Sequence record: MN850597.1
DNA: 64,000 nucleotides
Origin: Escherichia phage isim
Reading direction: 5' to 3' (one strand)
Shown here: positions 1-9,704 of the stretch, piece by piece
Position numbering within the stretch: the first letter of the stretch is position 1
How the letters are laid out: each line of letters begins with the position of its first letter
Notes under the pieces: generated by a model
Database searches by the model: none
What the model was told of the DNA's origin: nothing
What the model saw: only the letters and a program-made list of their open reading frames with translations
Position numbers and translations under genes: made by a program

Positions 1-242
1 TAAACCTGAATTATTTATAGAAAATACCACAACACCCATTAAGTCTTTGATTTTACACACAAATCCTACAGATATTCAACCTCCATATTTAACATACTTG
101 TAACATATTCCATACTCTACCTGTCTGATCAACTCACCCAACTACATCCTCCATATTTCCCCTGTCTGTACTACTCCTGCCCCGCCGGGAGTCCCGTCAT
201 ATCTGGCTTTCCAGCAAATATCACACCCACAAATATCATTGC

Positions 243-399
243 CTGAAGAGGGTTTCATCCCATAATACATGCCTTACCTGAAGAGCGCTTCATATACCAC
301 GTAAATTTTTTAATTGCCCCCTCCCCGCCGCCGGAGAGGTTGGCTTTTCCCACACAGACCTGAAGAGTCAGCCAGAAATATCTGAAGAGGGTCTAGTTC
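243..399. repeat. Four spaced copies of CTGAAGAG (243, 278, 359, 392) in non-coding DNA
   Basis: Direct reading: cctgaagaggg / acctgaagagcg / acctgaagagtc / atctgaagaggg; no ORF. Confidence 0.6.
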
Positions 400-945
400 T
401 GCCCTGTCATGAGCGGTAGCGACTGGAGTGCTGCCAGGCGGACGAAATGGGAATACTTCTCATTCTTATAACAATTCTCAAATATCGAGGCAGTGAGGCA
501 AATTAATAGGTGAGGCCGTTCACACAATGGCACAACATTTGCAACCTATTTTGTGGGGCTGAATGAGAATACCTATCATTGTGAGAATAGTTATCATTAC
601 GGGCAATTTAACATAATACCCATTATGCGCACCACTGGCGATACATACAGGGATTGATAACATGAGTTACCGTTTACGCACATAACAATTATATTTCTTA
701 CTATTTGTGTGGGATATAGTTAGCAGCCAATAGATTAGATATTAACCTGCGGACTTCTGACCGTCCAGACGTCTAAACGCCCACACAACAAGGGTTATAC
801 ATACACAACTGAATGTAAACAGGGCCGCAAAAATGCTACCATACCAGTTTGTAAATTTTCATGCAGCACTTGACAAAGAGGAGAAAAACTTGTCTGACAC
901 CTTATACACTTTCGACACAATAACGACTGTTATTATTTCATGTTT

Positions 946-1015
946 CACTGTTCACGTATAGATTGTTCCCGCATAGACTGTTTACGCCTGGATAGTTTAC
1001 ACCTTGACTGTTTAC
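946..1015. repeat. Iteron-like direct repeats GACTGTTTAC (976-985, 1006-1015) plus degenerate copies (946-955, 993-1000)
   Basis: Direct reading of three to four copies within 70 bp; non-coding. Confidence 0.6.
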
Positions 1016-1090
1016 ACAGATAGGATAAGCCATGACATTCGTTTGCATGAAAACAATTAGCAAGTTAACAATTAACAAGTTAATAATATA

Positions 1091-1155
1091 TGACATAATA
1101 TAAAAGCAGGGCAACTATTAGCAGATCTATAGTTGCCTTGCTTATTATGTCATGA
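1091..1155. repeat. Large imperfect inverted repeat (about 27-bp arms, 10-bp spacer) with extra GGCAACTAT and CCATTCGTTTGCAT copies nearby
   Basis: Left arm tgacataatataaaagcagggcaactat, spacer tagcagatct, right arm atagttgccttgcttattatgtcatga; CCATTCGTTTGCAT recurs near 1030 and 1262. Confidence 0.6.
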
Positions 1156-1937
1156 TTAACTGAATACAAGGCAACTATGATCTGATTAATAGATTGCAGA
1201 CAAACTATCACGGGGGTGATGGTTACTGCTTTTATATTATGTCGCGACTCCGTCGCGCCATGCCATTCGTTTGCATAGTTGCCTTATTGTTACAGATAAA
1301 ATAATTGTATTGTTAATTATTTCTTATCTTTCTCTTAGTCATCTAATGATTCCAGTCAGTATAGTAATGTACAGTAAACATTAGACGACTAAATATTTCT
1401 CTGTTTATGATAACTCACCGTGACAATTCCAGACTGTTTACGAAAAATGTTGACACCTGGGCCGATTTATGTTATGCAATTTAAACGAATAATTATTTTA
1501 TGCAGGTATTGACTATTCCATTATTCTATGGTTGGAATAAATGCTTAGCAGACTATAGAATGGTGAGCGTACGTAAATTCTGAGATCTGGCGGCTATAGT
1601 TATACTCGATTTTTCACGTAGAACACGCTTTTGTGAGTGTGTAAGTGTATGACTTATAAAGATTTTTAGTTGTTGACAAGATATTGAAGATGTGCATCAG
1701 GTTAAATTTTGTGCAATAGCGGCATTACGTGCAATTTTGAGAGAGAAAACGGGTAAAAATGGACCTGCTACCACACAATGAAAAATTATGCAATAGTTAT
1801 TTTACATGTATGTTTGTACAGTGTGTGGGATTGATGGCTAGACAATTATTCCACTTGCCAGGCTGGGCCGTTTGTGGTAGGAGGAAGAGCAGACAAAAAG
1901 AAAGGGGCCTAAGCCCCTTGATAATTCAGTTAAAAAA

Positions 1938-2357
1938 TTATAATGATTCGTATATTTCAAAAATCCGATTTGCCAGGTCGTTACGGTAGCGGAATTTTTC
2001 CTCACGTTTGATCATCAGATCTTTAAAGCCATATTCTTTAAGCACTTCATTAACTTTATGGCGGCATACCTTCATATTATCCTGTGCGTCACCAATAAAC
2101 CTGTTGCTATGGTGCATGGCTTTAATTTCTTCTTCCAGGACCAGGGCAACTATGCGGACCGGATCAAGCTGATAGGCGGTAACATCAATGCGGCATTGTA
2201 AACGGCTTTTTACGTCTGCCACCGGATATACTGCAACCTCTTCCCCGTCAACATTGACAATAATTAGTTTACCATCGATTTCGAATCCTTTCGCCGCCGG
2301 ACCGTGACAAAAAGCGTTATCAAAGCTATATGCCGGATTATTAGATTTAATGTTCAT
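1938..2357 (-). CDS. hypothetical early protein (139 aa)
   Basis: ORF with RBS AAGAGG upstream (minus sense); tandem minus-strand packing. Confidence 0.6.
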   Translation of the reverse strand: MNIKSNNPAYSFDNAFCHGPAAKGFEIDGKLIIVNVDGEEVAVYPVADVKSRLQCRIDVTAYQLDPVRIVALVLEEEIKAMHHSNRFIGDAQDNMKVCRHKVNEVLKEYGFKDLMIKREEKFRYRNDLANRIFEIYESL

Positions 2358-2500
2358 GGTGTTTTTACCTCTTAGTTAATTTTCTTACAACTTCCCTTCA
2401 AAAAGAATATAGCAAAACTGCCGATCCTTGTCAACCAAGGATAGCATAATTTTTATGTGATCAAGGGGCTTTATTGCCCCTGATCGTGCAACTTGTTGTA

Positions 2501-2764
2501 TTATTTGTTGCTCATCCAGTTTTCCCAGGCTGCCTGATAATCTGCCTCACTGCGGCGGATCTCTTCTTGCTCTTCAAGTCGGATCTCTTCTTCCAGGTAC
2601 CCCAAGATATCGGCTTTTTTGGTCTGGCGTAACATCCAATCATCTTTTTTACGGGTAAAGATCTTGTACGCTTTCTCGCAAACCTCTTTTTTGCTACCTT
2701 TTTGGACTTCAAGAACTTTGTAGGCCATGTACTGAACTAGTTTAAGCTGATCAAGACGTTTCAT
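2501..2764 (-). CDS. hypothetical early protein (87 aa)
   Basis: ORF; RBS AGAGG 7 nt before ATG. Confidence 0.6.
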   Translation of the reverse strand: MKRLDQLKLVQYMAYKVLEVQKGSKKEVCEKAYKIFTRKKDDWMLRQTKKADILGYLEEEIRLEEQEEIRRSEADYQAAWENWMSNK

Positions 2765-2824
2765 GATGTTTACCTCTTTGTGTGGTTCTGATTAGTGGGC
2801 CTCCCGGCCCGTGTCATTATCTTA

Positions 2825-3097
2825 TTACTTACGGCGGCAGAATTCAAGCGTTTTTAATTGATAATCTTCCTCAGCCTGGAGTACAACCGCCTCGATCATT
2901 TCGTTGGCATTGTTGAAGCCATACCCTTTAGCGAACTCGTCCGCACCACCTTCGTGATCATGTTCTGCGTTCATCGCTTCCACAAAATGGAATTCCAAAT
3001 TGTTGAGGTAGGGGCTTGATGTGCCGTCTTCTTTTTCGATGAGATCCCAAATAGCATTAAAACGTGATTCGACTTCTTGATTAATCCAGCTTGACAT
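2825..3097 (-). CDS. hypothetical acidic early protein (90 aa)
   Basis: ORF; RBS GAGAGGA upstream. Confidence 0.6.
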   Translation of the reverse strand: MSSWINQEVESRFNAIWDLIEKEDGTSSPYLNNLEFHFVEAMNAEHDHEGGADEFAKGYGFNNANEMIEAVVLQAEEDYQLKTLEFCRRK

Positions 3098-3315
3098 AGT
3101 GTTTTCCTCTCTTCTGGTTGTTGTGTGGGCACCTTTGCCCCTTCAAGATAAATGTTACCCCACCCCCTGGCAGATGTCAACGGTTTTTATAGTTCTTATA
3201 TGACAGGCAGGCCTGGTGATTGTCTCCACCTGTTCCCAAGTGCCGCCCGTTTAATAAGAATAGCAAAAGGGGCCGAACAAGTCAACCCCAAAATCAGTAC
3301 CAAAACACTTTTTAT

Positions 3316-3627
3316 TTATACTGTCCGGTCATTGGCCTTTGTCCAGGACCTGGCGATCCGTTTCCCAGTCACCTGGAACGGAGACTGCATTGTGTGTAAT
3401 GAATCCAGCGTAAGGGAGGACCGTTTACGGCGTATCTTCAGGATCGCCAATGTATTGTCCATCTCACGGCCAGGTCCTGGGCGGTATGGTGTGCCTCCAG
3501 CGTTAAGGTTGATGATCTCATGTATTGAGATCCGGCGTTGTTTTGCTTCCGCATCTTTGAAGATAGCCAGCGGAGGCGCTATGCGTTGCCGATACCAATC
3601 TAAAACGGTTGGCGTAATAGCGATCAT
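3316..3627 (-). CDS. hypothetical protein (103 aa)
   Basis: ORF co-oriented with neighbours; overlaps a likely spurious plus-strand ORF. Confidence 0.4.
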   Translation of the reverse strand: MIAITPTVLDWYRQRIAPPLAIFKDAEAKQRRISIHEIINLNAGGTPYRPGPGREMDNTLAILKIRRKRSSLTLDSLHTMQSPFQVTGKRIARSWTKANDRTV

Positions 3628-3815
3628 ATTTTACCCCCTATGTAGTCCGGTCGGTTTTTCTCTGTCATGCGCTTTAGCAATTCTTGCATGTTACTTATGG
3701 CTTGTAGTGTATCCTCTTCCAGGCTTGAATCGACATAATCAGGATCGTCTATGACCTTTCTATGATTATGATAACGCAGTACCGCCAATACCTTTCTAAC
3801 TTGTTCAGTATTCAT
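3624..3815 (-). CDS. hypothetical protein (63 aa)
   Basis: ORF; stop overlaps next start. Confidence 0.45.
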   Translation of the reverse strand: MNTEQVRKVLAVLRYHNHRKVIDDPDYVDSSLEEDTLQAISNMQELLKRMTEKNRPDYIGGKI

Positions 3816-3831
3816 TTTACATCGCCCTTAC

Positions 3832-4122
3832 TTATTGTTGGCGGTTTACGTAAGCTTTACCGTTTACCGTCATCGGCAAATCTTCCAGGTCTGGATCTTC
3901 CTTAAGGTCGCGAGCAAGTTCACCGCACCGGATACCCTCGAATCCGTAGTACTCTGTTGTACCGTCATTAAAAGTTTTAGTGGCAAGGCATAAGCGATAA
4001 GTAACCCCGATTCGATTGACGGCATGAATATCCGTTAGATTAACCTCTTTTGCCAGCTCATTAGCCATTGCAGGCGCACTAAGTCCAACAACCAGGGCAA
4101 CCACTGCGATCATCTTTTTCAT
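3832..4122 (-). CDS. small secreted/periplasmic protein with N-terminal signal peptide (96 aa)
   Basis: N-terminus MKKMIAVVALVVGLSAPAMA is signal-peptide-like; RBS AAGAGGA. Confidence 0.6.
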   Translation of the reverse strand: MKKMIAVVALVVGLSAPAMANELAKEVNLTDIHAVNRIGVTYRLCLATKTFNDGTTEYYGFEGIRCGELARDLKEDPDLEDLPMTVNGKAYVNRQQ

Positions 4123-4213
4123 TGTGTCTATCCTCTTTCTGCTACGTTTAAGGCGGCGGTAACCGCCTGTTTATGATTTGTTGGTTAATTTTCGGGTATC
4201 GGTATAAATTAAA

Positions 4214-4429
4214 CTATGCTGTACGCTCAACTATAACAACGGTTTGGGGGATCTCCCCTTCCACCACTAGTAAGGCCTTTTTCTGCGTGATAGATATCTT
4301 TACCCGTTGCAGCGTGGCGGTGAAGTCTTTCATTTCGTCACGCGGTGTTTTAGTGCAGTACCAGATCTCAGGCTTGCCGATCTGTAAGTTGCGTAAAAAT
4401 TCTGTTTTGCCTGTTTTGTTAGTGATCAT
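4214..4429 (-). CDS. hypothetical protein (71 aa)
   Basis: ORF in the minus-strand series. Confidence 0.4.
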   Translation of the reverse strand: MITNKTGKTEFLRNLQIGKPEIWYCTKTPRDEMKDFTATLQRVKISITQKKALLVVEGEIPQTVVIVERTA

Positions 4430-4438
4430 TTGCCAACC

Positions 4439-4543
4439 TCACCCGATACCGTTGGAAGACAAGATCATATTAGACATGGTTGCAATCAGGCCAATACCCA
4501 TGACAATAACCAAGATCACTGCATCGATTAATTTCTGTTTCAT
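4439..4543 (-). CDS. small hydrophobic peptide (34 aa, MKQKLIDAVILVIVMGIGLIATMSNMILSSNGIG), below ORF-track cutoff
   Basis: Hand translation; RBS AAGAGA upstream; one predicted TM helix. Confidence 0.4.
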   Translation of the reverse strand: MKQKLIDAVILVIVMGIGLIATMSNMILSSNGIG

Positions 4544-4620
4544 GGTGTTTATTCTCTTCTGTTAGTAACCTTATTCATGGGGCCGCTACCACAGCCCCAG
4601 GGTAAGGCAGCTATGTGCTT

Positions 4621-4866
4621 TTAGTGTTTCATTCCAACCATCGCGGCACGGATCGCCGTAGTGCTGTACTTGAAGCCGTCCGGGGTCTTATCTTGTCCGG
4701 TTAGCTCCAGAAAAAGCATCATATCCCGCGCCGCATCATTACGATTAGCATTGGCGTTAATAAAGCCTTGGGCCAACCGGTACAATGACTCATCGTTATT
4801 AATCCAAAGGCTTACATTCCAATGAGTTTTGTTTTTGTAACCGTTATAACCTTTATTGCTTTTCAT
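4621..4866 (-). CDS. hypothetical protein (81 aa; start moved to internal ATG)
   Basis: Strong RBS AAGAGGTAAACACC directly before ATG at 4866; the longer ORF start at 4947 lacks one. Confidence 0.5.
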   Translation of the reverse strand: MKSNKGYNGYKNKTHWNVSLWINNDESLYRLAQGFINANANRNDAARDMMLFLELTGQDKTPDGFKYSTTAIRAAMVGMKH

Positions 4867-4953
4867 GGTGTTTACCTCTTCTTTGTTCCAGGTGGCGGAC
4901 CATTCCACCGCCTTATGTATTATGCTTTGTAAGATGGCTGTTGTCAAACTATT

Positions 4954-5133
4954 TTAACGATAATCATCGTACGCTTTATTAACCTGGCGGATATAACATT
5001 CAAAAGCCAGATCAATAGATTTATATTCACGGATATACTTACCATAGGAAACCACATACATTTCTATAGCTTCCTCATATGCGAGGAGAATAGAATCTAA
5101 GCCTACGATCTCAGTCTTTGCAATAATAGCCAT
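4954..5133 (-). CDS. small protein (59 aa, MAIIAKTEIVGLDSILLAYEEAIEMYVVSYGKYIREYKSIDLAFECYIRQVNKAYDDYR)
   Basis: Hand translation; RBS AAGAGGA upstream; fills an otherwise empty gap. Confidence 0.4.
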   Translation of the reverse strand: MAIIAKTEIVGLDSILLAYEEAIEMYVVSYGKYIREYKSIDLAFECYIRQVNKAYDDYR

Positions 5134-5208
5134 GATTTTTATCCTCTTTGTAGTTGGTGGGGTTCGTTGCCCCCTTTGATTTATATATTACAGTCTTATA
5201 GGGTCATG

Positions 5209-5442
5209 TCAACTATTTTCAAAAAATTTTTCTGCTGTGATATTCTTCCCGGTAGGGTTCGCTACTTTCAAAATTTTATCATGCACTGGACGCCCAAAAG
5301 AATAAGCGCCGTACACAGTAAACCAATAATCGCCGTCAGGTTGTACTATTACTGCCGCATATGGTACGCCTTTTTCGTTTTTGCTGACAAAATAGATCAC
5401 GTTGCCATTAATAGCCTCGGCGCGTTTAATTTGTTCCATCAT
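5209..5442 (-). CDS. hypothetical protein (77 aa)
   Basis: ORF; RBS AGAGAGG. Confidence 0.55.
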   Translation of the reverse strand: MMEQIKRAEAINGNVIYFVSKNEKGVPYAAVIVQPDGDYWFTVYGAYSFGRPVHDKILKVANPTGKNITAEKFFENS

Positions 5443-5497
5443 GATGATTTGCCTCTCTTTATTTTCATAATTGGGGGCCTTTTCGGCCCCGCCAGGT

Positions 5498-5782
5498 TTA
5501 TTTATTGATAGCGTGCAGCGGGAAAGCTACGCCAGGTTGATAAATAACCTTTACAACCTCATCAGGACAAAAGAAGTTGCAGAACTCACCGCAATAGGCC
5601 TCATCCTCTTTCAACTCTTCATCAACATACTCAAAAAAGTAGTCGATGCTTGGATAATCCTGGCCGTGATTATAGTCAACCATCGTTAATAATAACTCTT
5701 GATCATTCCGTAGGATGTGCATACCCGCTTTTAAGTATTTTGCTTCCATTTCTACTACATCGCCAGCGGTAACAATAGCCAT
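5498..5782 (-). CDS. hypothetical acidic protein (94 aa)
   Basis: ORF; RBS AGGAG. Confidence 0.6.
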   Translation of the reverse strand: MAIVTAGDVVEMEAKYLKAGMHILRNDQELLLTMVDYNHGQDYPSIDYFFEYVDEELKEDEAYCGEFCNFFCPDEVVKVIYQPGVAFPLHAINK

Positions 5783-5984
5783 GATTTTAACTCCTATCTA
5801 TCTGGTCAACGATTGGGGGCCTCCCCCTCGACAACTCTTATTATCCATATTGTCGGGAATGATGCAAGTACTTCTTTAAAAATTTTTTAAGCGCCCCGTA
5901 TGCCGTTGTAACGCCAAAATAATAAAGGCCATGCAACCGCATGGCCTTTATGTGATTATATTGCTGCAGGCCCTGCTAGGGGCC

Positions 5985-6335
5985 TTATTTTACATTCTTG
6001 CCTGTATTGCCGCCACGGTACCAGCGTTTGCGGTGAAAATGGTAATAATCACCCTCGGCATTAAACATCAGATGATTTTCAATAACCAGCTTACGAAGGT
6101 GGGCCGGATCTTGTTCCATTCTTGCCAGATTCCGGCGGCTGTTACGTAAGCGTATAAATTCCATATTCAGGCCGTTGATTGCAGCATGGATGTCAAAGTA
6201 ACCACCTTTGAGACGTTCACGCATGGCGTTAAGCTCAACACAATATACAGATTTCTCACAAATCAAGGTATTAGCTAGGGCGCGGACCTGGGCAAGGGGG
6301 TTAAGCTCATTAAGGTAATATAGTTTGACTTTCAT
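5985..6335 (-). CDS. hypothetical protein (116 aa)
   Basis: ORF in series; weak RBS. Confidence 0.5.
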   Translation of the reverse strand: MKVKLYYLNELNPLAQVRALANTLICEKSVYCVELNAMRERLKGGYFDIHAAINGLNMEFIRLRNSRRNLARMEQDPAHLRKLVIENHLMFNAEGDYYHFHRKRWYRGGNTGKNVK

Positions 6336-6352
6336 AAAATCGCCTGCTGAAA

Positions 6353-6661
6353 TTAGTTTGAGAAAACATCGTTCACAATAGCGATCACAATGCCGCCCAC
6401 CTTGTCACGGTCAACAGTGCACAAATCACCATGGATCATGTGGTAGTCTGGATGATCTTTCACAGAATAGTCAATAAGTGTTTTCTTGTCATCCAGCTTC
6501 GTAACTTCCATTCTCATAACGATATGAGAATCATCAAAGGCATTATTCCGAAAAGTCATAGCCTGACCGCCAGGGCACCCGGTGATCTCCACTTCCACAC
6601 CATCTACGATCTGACCATCAAAGAAATAAAGATTATTAGCCTGGATAAACATGTCTATCAC
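6353..6661 (-). CDS. hypothetical protein (102 aa)
   Basis: ORF; RBS AAGGAG; preceded by palindromic promoter module copy 1. Confidence 0.6.
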   Translation of the reverse strand: MIDMFIQANNLYFFDGQIVDGVEVEITGCPGGQAMTFRNNAFDDSHIVMRMEVTKLDDKKTLIDYSVKDHPDYHMIHGDLCTVDRDKVGGIVIAIVNDVFSN

Positions 6662-6696
6662 TCCTTGTTAACTGCGTGGTATTTTAACAGGGTTTA

Positions 6697-6745
6697 AATT
6701 TACTTTATCGATGGCCCTGAAGTCAAGGCCATCTAAAAATAAATT
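6697..6745 (-). promoter_or_regulatory. Conserved promoter/operator module copy 1: palindrome GATGGCC-N10-GGCCATC overlapping a -35 TTGACT, N18, -10 TAAATT
   Basis: About 48-bp near-identical sequence at three sites; sigma70-like hexamers on minus strand about 36 nt upstream of the 6661 start. Confidence 0.55.
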
Positions 6746-6946
6746 TTACAGGCCTACAATCTCTTTGATTCGTTTAACTGCTGCCTCAGCGCCTTGGGGG
6801 TAGAAATTATGATAACCAATCACGCGAGTGATACTAATCGCCGTTTGATGATCTTCATAGTCGCCCTTGAAGATTTCTTGACCGTCAATCAGCACGGCAA
6901 TTTTTTCTTCTTTTTTGAAGTTAATAACGCGGATATTGTTGCTCAT
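6746..6946 (-). CDS. hypothetical protein (66 aa)
   Basis: ORF; RBS AAAGGAG. Confidence 0.55.
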   Translation of the reverse strand: MSNNIRVINFKKEEKIAVLIDGQEIFKGDYEDHQTAISITRVIGYHNFYPQGAEAAVKRIKEIVGL

Positions 6947-7084
6947 TTTGTTTCTCCTTTCTGGTTTTTGTGGTGGTGGGGATTAGCTCCCCGTTGATTG
7001 TTATTATCCACATTCCGGACCGGATTGCAACACCCCGGAAGAAAAATTTTTTAAAAGATAGGCCCCCATGATCGGGGGCCGCTC

Positions 7085-7204
7085 TTAGTTACTTACAGCG
7101 ATAAAGTACATCCCTACGCCTAACAATATTTCAAGGGCGATAATCTCAAGCCATACCATAACACGGCGCACCTTATCAGCGCATGGCTTATCCTTGGTTG
7201 TCAT
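7085..7204 (-). CDS. small membrane peptide (39 aa, MTTKDKPCADKVRRVMVWLEIIALEILLGVGMYFIAVSN)
   Basis: Hand translation checked codon by codon; RBS GGAGGG upstream; hydrophobic C-terminal half. Confidence 0.4.
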   Translation of the reverse strand: MTTKDKPCADKVRRVMVWLEIIALEILLGVGMYFIAVSN

Positions 7205-7224
7205 CGTCTCCCCCTTCCCTCCTG

Positions 7225-7464
7225 TTAGTAGTGACGTGGTTTACAATGGCCCCCAGGAGTCCTATCACCACGCACACCACAAGAAAAATTATCTCCGCTG
7301 TTGTTCGATCCATTGTTATAAAATTCCTCAAGATCAGGCCTGAAAATAAAGCGTTCGTTATTGAATCCGTCACGCCAGGCGGCTGGCTTCAAATCTTCAC
7401 TAAAGGGATTAATTAACGTGGCGTTATTTAAACGGCTGGTCCACATATTTTCTATTCCTCTCAA
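7225..7464 (-). CDS. hypothetical protein (79 aa; frame and start uncertain)
   Basis: ORF with RBS GAGAGGAA; competes with an overlapping alternative-frame ORF (7188..7373). Confidence 0.3.
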   Translation of the reverse strand: MRGIENMWTSRLNNATLINPFSEDLKPAAWRDGFNNERFIFRPDLEEFYNNGSNNSGDNFSCGVRGDRTPGGHCKPRHY

Positions 7465-7795
7465 ATAGGCGATCCGCTTCAGTTAAACATATCTCATGGG
7501 CTTGGTCTCTGGTTTTAGCCTCATCAAAAACCTGTTGTGCCAGGCTGCAGCGTAGGGAGACTGGAAGATCACTATAATAGGCGTTGACAAACGTTTGTGC
7601 GTCATACAGGTCGGAAAACACTTTACCCTTTCTATTATCGCCCTTGTCAACAATTGCAAGGATAACCAATACAATAGTTGCAACCACTCCCAGGAAAATA
7701 GATATAACAAACCATAGAAAAGCGGATCTACCTATCTTGCCAGCGATCCAGGCGTTGAACAAGGCAACTACTACAGCCAAAATAATAAATTCCAT
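7424..7795 (-). CDS. membrane protein, two predicted TM helices (123 aa; start moved to MEFIIL)
   Basis: RBS AAGAGG before internal ATG at 7795; the longer ORF would overlap the upstream gene by 70 nt. Confidence 0.55.
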   Translation of the reverse strand: MEFIILAVVVALFNAWIAGKIGRSAFLWFVISIFLGVVATIVLVILAIVDKGDNRKGKVFSDLYDAQTFVNAYYSDLPVSLRCSLAQQVFDEAKTRDQAHEICLTEADRLFERNRKYVDQPFK

Positions 7796-7859
7796 TCTAT
7801 GTACCTCTTTTGCAGTTCTGTTTAACAATAAGGCGGCAAATATGCCGCCTGTTACCTGA

Positions 7860-8240
7860 TTAAAAATTATCGCCGTAAATCTTTCCGCTTTCTGCCCACA
7901 CCACCACGCGGGGCATGTTATCCCATACATCTTGTTTCAGATTTAACGCGTGCAATTCTTCGGTGGTGCTCATACCAGGCACGGGCTGATTGTATACTGC
8001 AAAACGACCACCTGCATAATCATAGGCCAGAGTTAAATCACACTGAATCATCTTTTTGATCATGGCGTTAAGCATAGCGTTAGCCGCATACTGGTCACGT
8101 TTTAAAGGCAACTCTTTGATTAGTTTGCGATAGTTTTCAATGTGATCGCACACTGTTTCACGTGGAAGATCTTTCATATCTTCACGGAATGTAACCAGGT
8201 TAAACATAACGGTGTCAATAGCTTTAGTAGTGTTTTTCAT
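7860..8240 (-). CDS. hypothetical protein (126 aa)
   Basis: ORF; RBS AAGAGGAA. Confidence 0.6.
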   Translation of the reverse strand: MKNTTKAIDTVMFNLVTFREDMKDLPRETVCDHIENYRKLIKELPLKRDQYAANAMLNAMIKKMIQCDLTLAYDYAGGRFAVYNQPVPGMSTTEELHALNLKQDVWDNMPRVVVWAESGKIYGDNF

Positions 8241-8294
8241 GATGTTTTCCTCTTTGTTTTGTGTGGGGGCAAACGTCTTGCCCCCTTGAGTTTT

Positions 8295-8322
8295 AATATA
8301 GCAGGTTTTTAGGTTATTGCAA
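8295..8322 (-). promoter_or_regulatory. sigma70-like promoter (-35 TTGCAA, N16, -10 TATATT) followed by 5' hairpin GGGGGCAAGACGTTTGCCCCC
   Basis: Hexamers read on minus strand; hairpin sits between the -10 and the RBS of the 7860..8240 gene. Confidence 0.5.
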
Positions 8323-8330
8323 CACTTTAT

Positions 8331-8954
8331 TTATGAAAAAGTCATCTCACCATATTCATCGACATCAAACCGCCAATCATTGGCCTCGATAAGGCCGATC
8401 AGGTTTTCTGCGGCGAACTGTTCTAGATAGGCCTCCTCCAGGTCTACGTAAACCTTGCGGGATAGCTCCCGTACCGTCTCGGTGATCAGTTCTTCCAGGT
8501 CTTCCACTTTGTTTTCTTGTTTGGCGGTCAGGTCTAGCCATGTAGTATCGATGTACCCGCTTACAGTGTTTTCGTGACTATAACGGCTATATGGATCACG
8601 CTCAACACTTGCGGATAGCTCGCCATCGTGCATTGTGCCGAACAAGTGACGAATTGAGCGGAATTTAGTCAGAGACTTGACTTTACGCAAGAATTTTTCT
8701 AAATCCACGTTTTCCGCACTGATTGATGCGCCGTCGCCCTGGCACCAAAAGCCGGACCAATGTACTTCGGTATCTTCAAGGCCATACTCTGGAAAGATAT
8801 ATTCTTTATAGTCTTCAATTACACTTTCTGCAAAAAAGTTATCCCCGCTGTGTTCTTCTCTTTCGCGGACCATTTCAACGGCTTTTTCTTTTTGTTCGTC
8901 GGTCAGCACGTCGAAAGCTAAATTGTAACCTGTGGTAATGTTAACGGTGGTCAT
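8331..8954 (-). CDS. hypothetical acidic protein (207 aa)
   Basis: ORF with RBS GGAGAA; preceded by consensus promoter. Confidence 0.65.
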   Translation of the reverse strand: MTTVNITTGYNLAFDVLTDEQKEKAVEMVREREEHSGDNFFAESVIEDYKEYIFPEYGLEDTEVHWSGFWCQGDGASISAENVDLEKFLRKVKSLTKFRSIRHLFGTMHDGELSASVERDPYSRYSHENTVSGYIDTTWLDLTAKQENKVEDLEELITETVRELSRKVYVDLEEAYLEQFAAENLIGLIEANDWRFDVDEYGEMTFS

Positions 8955-9011
8955 GATATTTTCTCCTGTTTTCTTTGTTAGTGGCGGGAAGTTTTCCCGC
9001 CTGTGTGTTTA

Positions 9012-9039
9012 ATTATACTTATTGAGATTTACTTGTCAA
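9012..9039 (-). promoter_or_regulatory. Near-consensus sigma70 promoter (-35 TTGACA, N16, -10 TATAAT) followed by 5' hairpin GGCGGGAAAACTTCCCGCC
   Basis: Plus 9034-9039 tgtcaa and 9012-9017 attata read TTGACA/TATAAT on minus; hairpin at 8985-9003 lies before the RBS of the 8954 start. Confidence 0.6.
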
Positions 9040-9289
9040 CACTATTTTTTAAATTATTGTGGCGCAAAATGTTTAAAATCTCCTCAACGTCATCAACACG
9101 GCGGCAATTTTTAAACGCTACCAATTGCCCCATGATTTTAATCACTGGGCGGCCTTGCCAGTGCCCCTGAAGAAAGCGCGCTTTGACTTTATCGGTGGAA
9201 CTATCACGCCACCAAATAGCCTTGTTGTTGCAGTAGTAAAAATTATTCAGGATAACATCAACTTTATCAAAATTTTTTAATTTACGCAT
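9029..9289 (-). CDS. hypothetical protein (86 aa)
   Basis: ORF; RBS AAAGGAG. Confidence 0.55.
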   Translation of the reverse strand: MRKLKNFDKVDVILNNFYYCNNKAIWWRDSSTDKVKARFLQGHWQGRPVIKIMGQLVAFKNCRRVDDVEEILNILRHNNLKNSVDK

Positions 9290-9506
9290 GGCGTTTACTC
9301 CTTTCTCTCTTTGATGTGGTTAGTATAGCTAACCTGTTGACGATGTCAATGATATTTTTAACGCCATAAAACGGCCCTGGGCGATGTTTTCAGGTTAAAG
9401 GGGCGATTGCATAGGTGGGGGCCTTTTTGGCGCTTACAGGGCCAACCAGGGGCGCTATTCGTAGGATAGAAATAAAAAGCCCCGCACAATGGCGGGGCGT
9501 TGGTTG

Positions 9507-9704
9507 CTATTTGTCTTTGTGGCGGTATCGTTCCGCTTGTCGTTCACGTTCCAAAAGTAGGCCCGGCAATTTACGATCATAATGATTCCGCCAGATCTTC
9601 CCAAACCTTTTTGGCTTATTCAGTTTATTGTTACGCTGGCGGCGTTCTGGCAGCTCTTCGGAATCATGAGGGCGCTTTACAATTTTCTCGAAATTAATTT
9701 TCAT
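9507..9704 (-). CDS. small basic protein (about 65 aa; start uncertain)
   Basis: Lys/Arg-rich ORF; internal ATG at 9704 preferred. Confidence 0.4.
   Translation of the reverse strand: MKINFEKIVKRPHDSEELPERRQRNNKLNKPKRFGKIWRNHYDRKLPGLLLERERQAERYRHKDK

Noticed and set aside
1759-1989. Plus-strand 76-aa ORF at the edge of the left non-coding region
   Set aside because: No RBS, low-complexity translation, overlaps the minus-strand gene 1938..2357; every well-supported neighbour is on the minus strand.
3152-3754. Plus-strand 200-aa ORF
   Set aside because: Antisense to two minus-strand ORFs, Cys/Arg/Leu-rich junk-like translation, no RBS; treated as a shadow ORF. The same applies to 4173..4565, 5167..5508, 5931..6149, 11329..11649 and the plus-strand ORFs inside the large tail genes.
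7004-7012. Perfect DnaA-box 9-mer TTATCCACA
   Set aside because: Single isolated copy; a 9-mer is expected about once by chance in 64 kb on two strands, and there is no clustering or adjacent AT-rich unwinding element.
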